Source: the human T2T-CHM13v2.0 reference genome, Homo sapiens
NCBI RefSeq assembly: GCF_009914755.1
Contig: NC_060925.1
DNA length: 64,000 nucleotides
Direction: 5' to 3' (one strand)
Both the position numbers and the translations under genes were made by a program. Below, piece after piece: positions 37,290 through 51,553 of the stretch. Under the pieces are notes generated by a model that saw only the letters and a list, made by a program, of their open reading frames with translations, made no database searches and was not told the origin of the DNA. Position 1 is the first letter of the stretch. Each line of letters starts with the position of its first letter.

Positions 37290-37598
37290 AGGCCAGGTGC
37301 GGTGGTTCATGTCTGTATTCCCAGCACTTTGGGTGGCCAAGGTCAGGGACCGCTTGAGCCCAGGAGTTCAAGACCAGCTCAAGCAACTTGGCAAAACCCC
37401 ATCTCTACCAAAAAAAAAAAAAAAAAAAAAAAAAAGAAAGAAAGCCCGGTGTGGTGGTGTGTGCCTGTAGTCCCAGCTACTCAGGAAGCTGAGATGGGAG
37501 GATTGCTTGATCCTGGGAGGTCGAGGGTGCAGTGAGCCACAGTTGTCCCATGGTACTCCAGTATGGGCAACAGAATGAGACCCTGTCTCAAAAAAAAA
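37290..37598 (+). mobile_element. AluJ-like, the first Alu downstream of MFSD14A exon 8
   Basis: Alu consensus with an expanded middle A tract. Confidence 0.92.
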
Positions 37599-38989
37599 GT
37601 GTAAGGAAAATACACAGTTAGTATGTGTAGAACTTGATGAATTATCAAAGATTAACCCAACCTTGCAATAGATGTGATCAACCTGGGCATGAGTATCTTT
37701 TTCATACATTGCCAACATTAGATTTGCTAACATTTTGTTTAAGATTTAGATGAAGAGAGCAGACTAATACTGTAATGACACATAAAAGATTGATAGCTAT
37801 AAGGTCTTAAGTTCTGTTTCTTACTTAAATGACCATGGGAGCTGTATGCATCTAATAAATGTAGTCAGTGACACTGCAGACCCAGTGATGAGTGGAGGGT
37901 GCTTTTGAGGGTATTTTTCCTCTGTTTAGCAGATGGCATCTGGCACTAGGTTACAAGATGAAAAACAGTCTCTGAGAGTGCAGAATCTGGCAGGGCAGAC
38001 AGGTAAAGGAGAGGAATGTAGTTGGATTTGTATTGGAAAGATCAGTGCAGCAGCAGAGCCCTGAAGGCAGTAAGACCGCAAAGGTGCAAGCAACCCTCCA
38101 AACACCATTGCTGACACAGCATGACACACACAGTCCATGAGGAACAAGGTCCTTAAGTGACCATTTAGGTTTTGGTGCTTATGTAGAAGTAAGAATTAAC
38201 ACTTTATATCATATATGAGCTACTACATTATTACATGTATAGCCTCAAAGGTAGAAGAATGATCTTGTATTCTCATTTATGCAGAAATATACAATTGAGA
38301 ATGACTTGTCCCCTGTTGACCTTCCATACCACTGAAAGACCAGTGTATTTCTCCCTCCTCTCCAGCAGCACGGAGCTGCTAATAGCTCTCCATTAATGCA
38401 TGTTTGCTTTATTTCTTACCCACGTGCTTTTGTTCCTGCTATTCTTTCTGCCTCCCCTTCCTCCACCCTAAGTAGCCCTTTTCTGGGTCCCCATGCTCAT
38501 GTGCGCATATCTCCATCATTGTACAGAATACAGTGTAGTAGAGATTTTATCTCTGTTTATTGCCTTAGTTTGTGAGCTCTAGCGGACCTCTGAGTAGATG
38601 ATGAGGTCAGGATTATATCATATTCATTTTTGTCACCCTAGCACCCTGAACTGCCAGGAGGTGCTAAACTAAAGGTCATTGGTTTTTTTCCATAATGTTA
38701 AAAAAAAAAAAAACTTAAAAAATTAGTAGTAAGCACTTTAAAATTGGGAAGTGTTACGTGAAATTATAGTTATGTAGCTTCTCCCCCAAAATGATTAGAT
38801 CTGGTAACCGGGTGTGGGCCAACCTTCCAGCGAGAGCCAAGTAGTTGCTGTCCCCTTTGGAACCTTTTCTTTTTGGTTTATCATCAGCCCCATTACTTCC
38901 TGGGCACCGGTACGTATAAGAGTTCCTAACACTTGCACTAAGTAAGTGTTTACATGAGAACATCAATATAGTTCTACACATTTCTTTTT

Positions 38990-39890
38990 TCTCAGTGTTT
39001 TCCTATCCAGCCCTCTCTGTGGGGGTGACTCCCACACTTACTCTTCCAGTCCAGTCCCTGAGCTCCTATATGACACATTGGCTGGGTATCTCAGCCTTAA
39101 CATGGCCAAAATTAAAATCTGGGTTCCATCCCTTGCCCGCCACCCCTATGCTCCTCATCTCATTCAGTGGCTTCACCACCGCCAGGTTTTGGGGGCCAGA
39201 AGCCTTAGCGACATTCATGAATCCTTTCTCCCTAACCTTACATTCAGCCCATCAAATGATACTTCCTATCACCTCTCTCTCCAAAATATATCTTGAATCA
39301 GAGCGTTTCTGATATTCTCCATTAGTAGGAACCCAATCTGAGCCGTGGCCATATCTTCCATCTGGTCTCTCTGCTTCCATCTTGCCTCACTATAGTTCAT
39401 TCTGCACTTGGCAGAGTAATTTTTGTAAAATGGAAATTTAATCGCATCTTACCTATAACTCACTTTCCTTTGCAACCAGAATAAAATCTAGACTCCTTAT
39501 TATGTCATTTTCCTCCACTCTCCACATGGTTGAGTATGTTCTGTTTCAGTCCAGGGCCTTTGCACTTGCTGTCAGCCTTGCTTGGGGTGTTCTCTTTCCC
39601 CAGATCTTTGCATAACTAGGTCTCTCCCCTTAGTGAGCTCTCACTTCAAAAGGCCTTCCCTGGATCCTGGTTTAAGCAGCATCTCCATCACACTGCCCTG
39701 TTTTATTTTGTTCATAGCAGCTACAACCTGGAATATCTTGTTAAATAAGCAGGCTCATATGCATCTTTCCTCCATGAGAAGGTAGTCCGTGTGTTGATGG
39801 ATACTTTGACTTACTCACCCATGCGTCTTCAGGCCAAGAATAAGAGTTGGTCTTATTAGGAATTTGGCAAATATTTGTTGACAGACTAAC
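38990..39890 (+). mobile_element. L2
   Basis: cagggcctttgcacttgctgt; aaatatttgttgacagactaac tail. Confidence 0.7.
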
Positions 39891-40411
39891 CAAAGCTGAT
39901 GTTAGTGTTAGCTTAGCTGTTCATCAGCTATGCCATCTTGCTTAAGTCATTTAACCTTTGGGACTCAGTGCTGTCATCTTCAAAATGAGAGTTAAATTAA
40001 GGGACACCAAAAATTTTTTCCGTTCAAGAACACTTATATATTAAGTATTTTGTTCCATTATTATTAATATTATTGAGAATATTATAACATTTAGAATTAT
40101 GCATGCTTTCCATAAACACTTATTAAGAACTTACTGGGTGCTGGGGATATAAATGTAAATAAGAGAAAAGTTCCTGCCTTCAAGAAGAAAATCAGTGTTC
40201 CCAGTTACAGTGTTGTAAGTATCGGTGTCTTTTAGGGCTTTGGGTCACAAGATAGGCTGTAGGGGAAGGAGTCCAAGAGGAGGTTCTCACAGCAGTGGGC
40301 CTGCTGCAGTAATTCTGCACATAGGACGTTACCCCAGGAAAGGGGGATTGGTGTATCTCATTGTTTCCAATTTTAATGACTCATCTCATGGCCTTAAGAA
40401 AATATATTCTT

Positions 40412-41047
<636 letters not shown>

Positions 41048-41819
41048 CTATAAAAAGGAAATGAGGCTAATAATGCATTCTAAGCCTTTTTTATTGAATT
41101 GGGATTTATTCTTTGAGAACAGCTTTCCACAAAGGGGAAGATAGTCATTTCTGCAGATAAGTACTTACTGGCTAGATGGGTTGGTTGAAGGGCTATGAGA
41201 TGACCGCATTTTATAAGTACTTTCTGGTAATATTAATGATCTCTGCTTGAGAAGTGTCAGCTTTCTTAGACTAGCATTCCTGAAAGAACACGTGCTCCAG
41301 GGTACATGGCTGGCCCATGCCATCCTGTTCCCACTGAGCTGGGAGTTGATGCTCAGCCTTCTTCACTGTCCTGTCTCTTGGCTGAAGTGCCAGGGATTTC
41401 ATCATTAAGTGAAATCTATTTTTTAACAGCATTTCTTCCTTGTAATGCTTATCATCATCTCAATGAATGATGAGAACAAATGTTTTCTGCTCTGTGAGTT
41501 CCTAGAGCCATATAAAGAATCACAGCTTTTTAGATGAAAGTGCTACCTTCCGGGATGTTCTTAAAAGTAGTTTCCCAGAAGTTCTTCAACTTTGCATTAT
41601 AGTTCCCTGTTCTTCTCAGACAGTTGGAGGCCACAGAGCTTTGGGTATACTTACAGTTTCCTTTTTCATAATTAATTGAAAGCCAGTCTCTGATATAGTC
41701 CACAAATAAAATCATTTTTAATTATTTCTAACCCTAATTAGAATCCTAATCATTTCTAATCTTTCTGATTATTTTTTATAATATTGGCCACCAGTTCCCA
41801 CCCACAAGTCATGGGTGAC

Positions 41820-42096
41820 TTGAGATGGTCTCTGTCACCCAGGCTGGAGTGCAGTGGTGTGATCATGGCTTACTGCAGCCTCGACCTCCTGGGCTCGAGT
41901 GATCCTCTGGACTCAGCCTCCTGAGTAGCTGGGACCACAGGTGTGTGCCACCAGCCTGGCTAATTTTTCAATTTTTTGTAGAGATGTGGTCTCTTTATGT
42001 TGTCCAGGCTGGTCTCAAACTCCTGGGTTCAAGCAGTCCTTCCATCTCAGTTCCCCAAAGTGCTGGGATTACAGATATGAGTCACTGTGCCTGGCC
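41820..42096 (-). mobile_element. AluJ
   Basis: Alu consensus. Confidence 0.9.
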
Positions 42097-42574
42097 TAAA
42101 TGTTTCTTTCAGTTGAAGTTTTTCTCAGCTAACTGCTGGCTCTGGGCAAGTTTCCTTTTCTGGTTTGGTTGCCGAAGAATATAATTCTACATGGAACTCA
42201 GTCTTATACTCACGTGATTTAAGTGAAAGTCTTAGACAAGAAAGCTGTGAGTTCTAATTGCTCAAAAATCCTTGAATGAATCATTTGCTTTTCACTGGCA
42301 TATTTGTGATTAAATTCTTAAGTGGCCATCTCAATTTAAAGAATTCAAAACTTATATTTTATGAGTTTTAAAGTGTCAGCCCATCATAAAATAGTGATTT
42401 CCTGAATTATTTTTACTTGTCTATGGACTTACTAGCTATCTTATGTAGTATATTAAAAACGTTAGTTAGAATAGCAAAAAAAAATTTTCTAATGTTCCCA
42501 AATCACTGCTGAACTTTGTTGACTTTGAAAGAAAAAGGAGGCACAAGAAAACCCACCCACTGATAATATTGTTT

Positions 42575-42790
42575 ATTAACCGCTGATTATTGCCAGGCAC
42601 AATTCTAAGAACTTTATGTAAATATATCTCATTTAATTCCCATGACAAGGTTTTGAAATAGGTGCTGTTATCCCCATTTGCAAAGAGACAAAAGTGAGGC
42701 TCAAAGTGAAGTGACTTGCTGAGAGCCACACAAAGCCAAGATTATGATCCAGGCTGTTTTTCTAAAGTCTGCTGTATAGTATACTGCATT
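42575..42790 (-). mobile_element. MIR
   Basis: tgccaggcacaattctaagaacttta...atctcatttaattcc...gaggctcaaagtgaagtgacttgc. Confidence 0.75.
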
Positions 42791-43283
42791 TATCCCAAAT
42801 CAAGCTTATTAATTTACTGTTTATAAAAGGCATCATGGTTTCAACAACAGATTAACTTAGGTAAATAATATATGGGTAATCATTGTTCTGTTAGTTTTTC
42901 TTTAGTTGTGGAAATAAGCATTTTAGACTAACTTGGACCTAAACAAGCTTTAAGGCTATTATGTAATGGGGATCTCCAAATCATTAGTTAGAACTTTTGA
43001 CCCTTCCATTTTCAACTACTGATTTAAGTGGTCCTCAGTAGAAATGTACTGAATAGGAAGTTTTATCTTTCAGTTTTCTAACTCTCAGTCTGGATCTATG
43101 TCAGCAGAGGGACTTTTCATCTGCTTATGTGACCTGGACTAGTGATCTCAGACATATTCAGGGCAATTATTGCTGAAAATCAGCCAAATTGTAGAAAAGT
43201 GCCAATAGTCCTTTTATAGTGTAGATTGAAAGAAGTCACTTTTTAAAACTTTATTCTGATAAATCTTTTTTTTTTTTTTTCAG

Positions 43284-43396
43284 ACCATAGTCTTGAGTTT
43301 ACTTATGAGGTCAATTGGAAATAAGAACACCATTTTACTGGGTCTAGGATTTCAAATATTACAGTTGGCATGGTATGGCTTTGGTTCAGAACCTTG
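43284..43396 (+). CDS. MFSD14A: MFSD14A exon 9 (TIVLSLLMRSIGNKN...GFGSEP)
   Basis: poly-T cag/ acceptor, TG/gtaagt donor, 113 nt, phase 0-2. Confidence 0.96.
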
Positions 43397-44569
43397 GTAA
43401 GTATAAATATTTTAATGTTAATATTTTTAATTTTGGTGTTAGCCCTTGTGTTTTTATTTGCTTCTCAACTGAGGGGTAGACTGTAATCTGTCTCATACTA
43501 TGCTTTTTATCTTTCAAAATGTGTCTAATATAAGTCTGCCACTTGTATATTTATATGTTCTCCTAGAATGGCTTGAGGATTAAAAAGGTGACCTTTTATA
43601 GCTAAATGACAGGCTGAATTTTTGAATGAGATTATACAGCTTTTGAATCTTTAAGGAGCATTTAATCTAAATCAGTCCGTTACTAGGAAAAAGTATGTAA
43701 TCCCATAGCAACAAGGCCCTGAAAGTTATTTACATTTTTTGTTTTTCTGGTCAGGAAAAAGAAAGTTGTATAACCAGTGATCATTACTGATAGCAAACCA
43801 GAAGTGAAAACAATCCAGTTATTTTGGTGCCAGCTTCATGCTGTGTCTCAGCTTTTCTGACCAGTCGGGTTTCCTGCAGGGGACTTGAGTAGTGACGCTT
43901 GTTGTCAGGCTGCCCACGTAGATAGTATTATTGTGCTCAGGCATTATGGCACTGAACTCCATGGTTTGCACTAATATTTCAAACAACTGACTGCCTCGTC
44001 TCTGTTTGGACTTGGATATAAGCAAGCATCAAGAGGGTGATGATTTGTTCTCCAAACTAGCCTTTGCAAAGAGGTGCTCACAATTGAAATTACCTAAAAC
44101 ATTTCTTTTAAACATCAAGCCAGGAACATCCAAGTTACTTGTTCTTTACAATTTAAGGATTAGATCAAATCAGCGATATCTTCACAAATCCATCCATAAG
44201 AACTTTGCCAAAGACTTGTTGGCTTCATGTGTTTGGAAATATTTGATGATGTTTCGTCATCTATATTATACATTATCCTCAATATAACCTCTCAATTGCC
44301 TGTAGAAATAATACCCAGCACATTTTACAGTTTGGAACATGATATCCCTATTTTACATTACACCCTCACAGCACTCTTGTGAATTAAGTTGCTGTCTTTG
44401 TATACAGGGTCAGATTGTTAAGCGACTTGCCCATAGTCACCTAGTAAGCAAGTTCAGTTCTCCTTTTCTCTACAGCCATTTCACAGTAAGAATTACTTAA
44501 TTATGTAGTTTGACTTTCAGGTACAGTGGAGAAGAATTTACTGTTTTTGTTTTGCTGCTCTCCTTATAG

Positions 44570-44667
44570 GATGATGTGGGCTGCTGGGGCAGTAGCAGCC
44601 ATGTCTAGCATCACCTTTCCTGCTGTCAGTGCACTTGTTTCACGAACTGCTGATGCTGATCAACAGG
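44570..44667 (+). CDS. MFSD14A: MFSD14A exon 10 (MMWAAGAVAAMSSITFPAVSALVSRTADADQQ)
   Basis: ctccttatag/ acceptor, CAGG/gtgagt donor, 98 nt, phase 2-1. Confidence 0.96.
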
Positions 44668-44906
44668 GTGAGTTGATAGGAACTAGCGATAATTATTTAA
44701 AAGTACAGAATGTTCTAATCCTGTGTTCTGTCTCCTATGTACTGAAACATAAGTATATCTTCAGGGTAGAGACTTTTAAAATTGCTTTTGATATAAACAG
44801 GAAAAGCAGATTCTAGGGTATTTATCCTTAGGTAGATACATATTCCCTTTTCTCTCACTTAGAATATGTGGCTTATCTGTTCTGTTCATAGAAAATTTAC
44901 TGATGA

Positions 44907-46212
<1,306 letters not shown>

Positions 46213-46614
46213 CCAGTTGACCCCCCCACTTTATTTTTGACTAAAAGGGGTCTTAAGTACTTGCTTGGGGACAGATAAATTTTAACATTTGTAGTTGTGA
46301 AATTGTGACTGATTTTTAACCAGCCATGTTTTGAAGGCTGTAATCTAGGGAAATAAAGTAGTTTTGCCCACTTGTTTCTATGTGAGACCTATATATGGGT
46401 ACATCAGAGCTCATGTTTGCATAGGACAGCTTACTACACTTTGTAGAGCTGATAGCTTCTAAATATTAATAGTTTTTAATGACATTGCTATAAATTGCTA
46501 GTGTCTGATAAGAAGCTTGATTTTAGATTAAGTGATTTCATATTTGTACTGGTTCTAAGGTAGGGAAAAAAAACCAGGTAGTTTACTAAGTGATAATTTG
46601 TTTAAACAATGTAG

Positions 46615-46778
46615 GTGTCGTTCAAGGAATGATAACAGGAATTCGAGGATTATGCAATGGTCTGGGACCGGCCCTCTATGGATTCATTTTCTACATATTC
46701 CATGTGGAACTTAAAGAACTGCCAATAACAGGAACAGACTTGGGAACAAACACAAGCCCTCAGCACCACTTTGAACAG
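46615..46778 (+). CDS. MFSD14A: MFSD14A exon 11 (VVQGMITGIRGLCNGLGPALYG...QHHFEQ)
   Basis: aatgtag/ acceptor (weak pyrimidine tract), CAG/gtaatt donor, 164 nt, phase 1-0. Confidence 0.95.
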
Positions 46779-47484
46779 GTAATTCTCATTCAACATGATC
46801 AAATTGTATGGTTCATTTGGCTAGATTAAAGGCTACTGGTTTTTGGTCATGAAAGCTTTTATGTGAGATTCTATTTGAGATTGGATAAAATGCTTAAAAA
46901 CCAGAGTTTAAGGGACTGTGTTCTTCTACATACCACCTTGTGAAAATTGGCTGTGCATATTTTTTTTCCACTTGAGAATGAAAAATTTTAAGTACCTAGT
47001 TTGTCAATGGCATATGTAACAAACCATTTCTCTTTACTACTAGTCTCTTTTGAAACTTTTCTAATATCACAGTTGTGTATGTTAACTAACTTTTCATACA
47101 AAAGGCAGGCTTATGGTAAATAACCTTTGTTCACTGTTTGCTATATTTCCCTCTTTTCAACTGAAAATTAATGCCAAACAATGCTGATCATTTTGGCCAA
47201 TATTAGCAGCTCATCAGTTTCCTGGCTTATTTAGCAGAGTTCTGTACTTATCTTCCAACCCACTAAGACTACTTTTAAATAAAAGAATGTTTGTGGGCTA
47301 TACACAAAACTGGCAGTGCAAGCTTCTGCTAAGAATGAATGTAATTTTGGGCTAAAACAAAGGTCTCTTTTTCTTGGTAACCTGTGTTTTTCTCACTTCC
47401 AGTCACTTGAAATTATAATTACCTTCTTGAAACAAAGAAATGGTAATTTATTTTGCTACTGTAGTAAATACTGTATGCTACCTG

Positions 47485-47794
47485 ATTTTATTTTGTTTTT
47501 TGTTGTTTCTGAGACAGTCTTACTCTGTCACACAGGCTGGAATGCAGTGGCACAATCTTGGCTCTCTGCAACCTCTATCTCCCAAGTTCAAGCGATTCTT
47601 TTAACATCAGCCTCCCGGGTAGCTGGGATTACAGGCATATGCCACCATGACCGGCTAATTTTTTTTGTATTTTTAGTAGAGACGAGGTTTCACCATGTTG
47701 GCCAGGCTGGTCTCGAACTCCTGACCTCAAGTGATCTGCCTGCCTCAGCCTCCCAAAGTGCTGGGATTACAGGCTTGAGCCAACACGTGCAGCC
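47485..47794 (-). mobile_element. AluS in intron 11
   Basis: Alu consensus; TSD-like tgattttattt. Confidence 0.92.
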
Positions 47795-48121
47795 TGATTT
47801 TATTTTTGAGATCTTTCTATAAACGTTTTCCCCTTGGACTAACAAATTAATCATAGAATAGCTGTGTTCACATTTTGTGCTGAAAGTAATGATGTAATAT
47901 TTTCGCATAGGCTGTTTTGCCAGTTGTTATTCCCAGAATTTTATAGAGAATGTGATAGTATCTCTTTTCTCCTAAAAAGGGAATGCCTTTTATAATTATG
48001 GCTTTAATAAAGAGAAGAGCAATTAGCTTGTAATTCATAAGTTAATACTAAAAGGTATGTAGTTTCTCCTTATGAGTAAAAGTATTTGTGTAAAAATCCT
48101 AATTACTTTATTCTTCCTCAG

Positions 48122-48328
48122 AATTCCATCATCCCTGGCCCTCCCTTCCTATTTGGAGCCTGTTCAGTACTGCTGGCTCTGCTTGTTGCCTTGTTTATTC
48201 CGGAACATACCAATTTAAGCTTAAGGTCCAGCAGTTGGAGAAAGCACTGTGGCAGTCACAGCCATCCTCATAATACACAAGCGCCAGGAGAGGCCAAAGA
48301 ACCTTTACTCCAGGACACAAATGTGTGA
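48122..48328 (+). CDS. MFSD14A: MFSD14A exon 12 coding part (NSIIPGPPFLFG...EPLLQDTNV*)
   Basis: ttcttcctcag/ acceptor; TGA at 48326-48328; matches end of ORF 48086..48328. Confidence 0.96.
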   Translation, partial: NSIIPGPPFLFGACSVLLALLVALFIPEHTNLSLRSSSWRKHCGSHSHPHNTQAPGEAKEPLLQDTNV

Positions 48329-49485
48329 CGACTGAAATCAGGAAGATTTTTCTATCAGCACCCAGGTCTTAGTTTTCACCTCTAGTTCTGGATGTACATT
48401 CCATTTCCATCCACAGTGTACTTTAAGATTGTCTTAAGAAATGTATCTGCATGAACTCCGTGGGAACTAAAGGAAGTGGGAACTTAGAACCAGACAGTTT
48501 TCCAAAGATGTTACAATTTCTTTTGAAAAACCTTTTGTTTATTAGCACCAATTTCTTGCCACTAAGCTATTTGTTTTATTATACATCCTTTAATTAAAAA
48601 CTATATATGTAACTTCTTAGATATTAGCAAATGTCTCTGCTACCATTTCCTTAAGGTGTTGAGCTTTAACTCTATGCTGACTCAGTGAGACACAGTAGGT
48701 AGTATGGTTGTGGACCTATTTGTTTTAACATTGTAAAATTTTGAGTCAGATTTTAATATTGTAAAATCTTGGGTCAAATAATTCAAAGCCTTAATGCAGA
48801 TGCACTAAAACAAAGAAATGGTAAATGAATTGTTTGCATTTAAAAAAAAAAACTCTTAAGAAAACTGTACTAAATCTGAATCATGTTTTGAGCTTGTTTG
48901 CAGTACTTTTAAACATTATTCACTACTGTTTTTGAAGTGAGAAAGTATCAGCCATTTAGCATTTAAGTTGGGGTATTTAGAGCCTGTAATCTAAATGCTG
49001 GCTCAAATTTATTCCCCAGCTACTTCTTATACCACTATTCTTTTAATGTTTGCATAATCATAAGCACCTCAACACTTGAATACATAATCTAAAAATTATA
49101 TAGTAAAGCTGGTAGCCTTGAAAATGTCAGTGTGATATCTATTATGTAGATAAATATATATAGTGGCCTTTCAGGACTGTCACAGTAACACTTTATTTAC
49201 AGAGCTAATGTTTGTCCTAAATTTTCAGGACCCTAGAGGAGAGCTTTATACAATTACCGATGTGAATTTCTCTAAAGTGTATATTTTTGTGTCCAGTTAT
49301 ATTATTTAAAAAAGTGTTACTTTGTAAAAATTGTATATAAAGAACTGTATAGTTTACACTGTTTTCATCTTGTGTGTGGTTATTGCTTAATGCTTTTTAA
49401 ACTTGGAACACTCACTATGGTTAAATAAGGTCTTAAAAGAAATGTAAATATTCTGTTAATAAAGTTAAATATTTTAATGATTTTT
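48329..49485 (+). other. MFSD14A: MFSD14A 3'UTR (about 1.15 kb)
   Basis: Repeat-free AT-rich sequence between the stop codon and AATAAA at 49458, followed by a T-rich tract; the exact end is inferred. Confidence 0.8.
49458..49463 (+). terminator. MFSD14A polyadenylation signal AATAAA
   Basis: TGTA upstream (49443), AATAAA, and downstream T-rich and GT-rich elements (49481-49540). Confidence 0.8.
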
Positions 49486-49684
49486 TTTTTAAAAAAGTCT
49501 TGATCTGTGAGTTCCTACAGGGTCTGTTTTGGCTTTGTTACCATATTTTTACAGTAACAAATCAAAGCATTATTCATTCTTTCTTTGCATCCATTTCTTT
49601 TCCCTCACTAAAAAATGCTCTTCAAGGAAGACAAGAGGAAAGAAACAAAAATGCAGTATGCGTTTTGAAGTACTTGATTTTCAA

Positions 49685-51446
49685 AGTGTAGATGCTGCAT
49701 AATAGTTTATTAACAAAGCTCAAAGTTTACAGAAATAACATTAAATGCAACACTTTTTGATTATTAACACATGTACAATTTTACACTGCAAAACAATTGC
49801 AACTAAAAGTTTAGGAGGTAAAGAATTAGCACACTTGGAAGTCTGTATACATTTAATACAAATTTGCAAGATATCAGAATGATCTCTCCTGAAAATTCAA
49901 CTTTCCTTGTGTATATATATGCAAAGAGATACCTATATTTTAAAAAAGAGAGCTACCTGTATGTCATGCATCCCATCCAAAACATGTCACAATATTTTAT
50001 ATATATTACATAGTATTTACAACAAAGCCCCTTCCATAGTATTTACAATAAAGCTCCTTCCAAAATCACCAAGAGGCTTCTTTCCAGAATAGCAAGTGCT
50101 TTCAAGTTACTGTACCAAGTATTCTCACTAATACAGTAGTGTATCTAAATGGGGGAGGTGGGGGAGTATCAACTGCCTAATATTAGTTACTGAATTTTCA
50201 GATTAGATCCCTAGTTTAAAGACACTTGCAATTGCCAATAGTTTCAAGATACTGGCTTCGTAAAAAAAAAAAAAAAATTAGCAAAGATTCTTTCTTACCA
50301 TGGGACTCAGTAATGTTATTACATCAATATCTTGAAATGTTTCTTCATCTGTGTAATAAAGTAGTTGAAAATAATTTTAAATTATCACATGAGCATTAGT
50401 ACTTTATAAAAATTGATCTAGAAGACTCTTTAGAGAATGCTACCAGGTATTGTTTGTCAATAAGAAAACAAAATGAGGCCCTATGATTCTAGGTGAATTT
50501 TAAAAAAATTTTTCCCCAAGGAACAATTCTTAAAACTTTCAGTTACAGGGAAGAGAAGAAAATTGTACCTTCTAACAGTTATTTGTTTTGCCTAGTTTAT
50601 TAACATTGAAATCAACCCAAGTTCTGATACTATAAAAATAAATGAATATTCATGATATAGTAGATTTAGTAGTAGTACCAAGTTTTAAAAGTCCACTGAT
50701 ACAGATTTAACTGCATAATAAAACTACAAATTGAGAAAAACTAGATGAGTATAAACATTTAGGAAGCACTGAAGTTTTAAAAACTTGTCAGCTCAAATGA
50801 CAAAAGCACTTAATCTGGTCACATAAAAACTGTCCAAATTATTTTAAGTATATCAAATTTATTTGATTCATCACTAGCAAATTTAAATGCTTCAAGGAAA
50901 ATACGCTATGAAGGCTTAATTCATTTCAGTTATTTAAGGTAAATTTAGGACTTTTCCCTTTAAATGTCATCAATAATATATCTCAAGAGGTAATCATTTT
51001 CCCTCATGATTTTCAGGTGTTGAATTTAAAAGTTTTACCAATGAAAGTGATAAAATGAATTAGTATTCTTTGGTTGCATACTATGAGGTTATGAGCAGGT
51101 TTTAGTTTACCCAGATTTTTAATATGATCAGAATCTCCCTCATAAGGATCAACTCTTTCCTTAGAACTGAATTTCTAAAGAATAGCTTAATAAAATTCAT
51201 ATTATTCTATAAAACGCCATGTTCACAAACCAAAAAATGTCATTTACTCACAATCTTTACCAATCCCCAAGTACAAATTTGTTCCTATATTATAAACTGC
51301 CATAAAAGCAGTACTTAAAGTATCCAGTCTTTAACAGCTCAAGTAAAATTTGAAACTTGCTATTTGAGGATCTGGTTTGTGTTGACATATTTTTTAAGCA
51401 CCTGAGTTTCTAAAATACCAATAAAAAGTAAAACATGACACTAGAA
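49685..51446 (-). other. SASS6: SASS6 3'UTR (about 1.75 kb)
   Basis: Repeat-free AT-rich sequence after the stop; minus-strand AATAAA at 50596-50601 (proximal) and 49706-49711 (distal); the exact end is inferred. Confidence 0.75.
49706..49711 (-). terminator. SASS6 distal polyadenylation signal AATAAA
   Basis: TTTATT on + strand; the A-rich + strand at 49610-49652 reads as a U-rich downstream element on -. Confidence 0.7.
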
Positions 51447-51553
51447 TTAACTGTTTGGTAACTGCCCAGGGAAATAGGCTGAAGACGCAGAGGGGAGCGC
51501 TGTGGGTTTGGAAGATGTATGTAATGCTCCTAAAGTGCCATCTCTCTGATGGT
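51447..51553 (-). CDS. SASS6: SASS6 last coding exon ([35 protein letters not shown]), C-terminal tail of the centriolar protein SAS-6
   Basis: Minus strand tttgcag/ acceptor, TAA at 51449-51447; C-terminus recognised as SAS-6; upstream exons lie beyond the window. Confidence 0.92.

Noticed and set aside
43780-44080. Unique, slightly GC-richer block in intron 9 with GTGACG and CACGTA motifs
   Set aside because: No splice-site pair, recognisable ORF or RNA-gene signature; conservation or chromatin data would be needed
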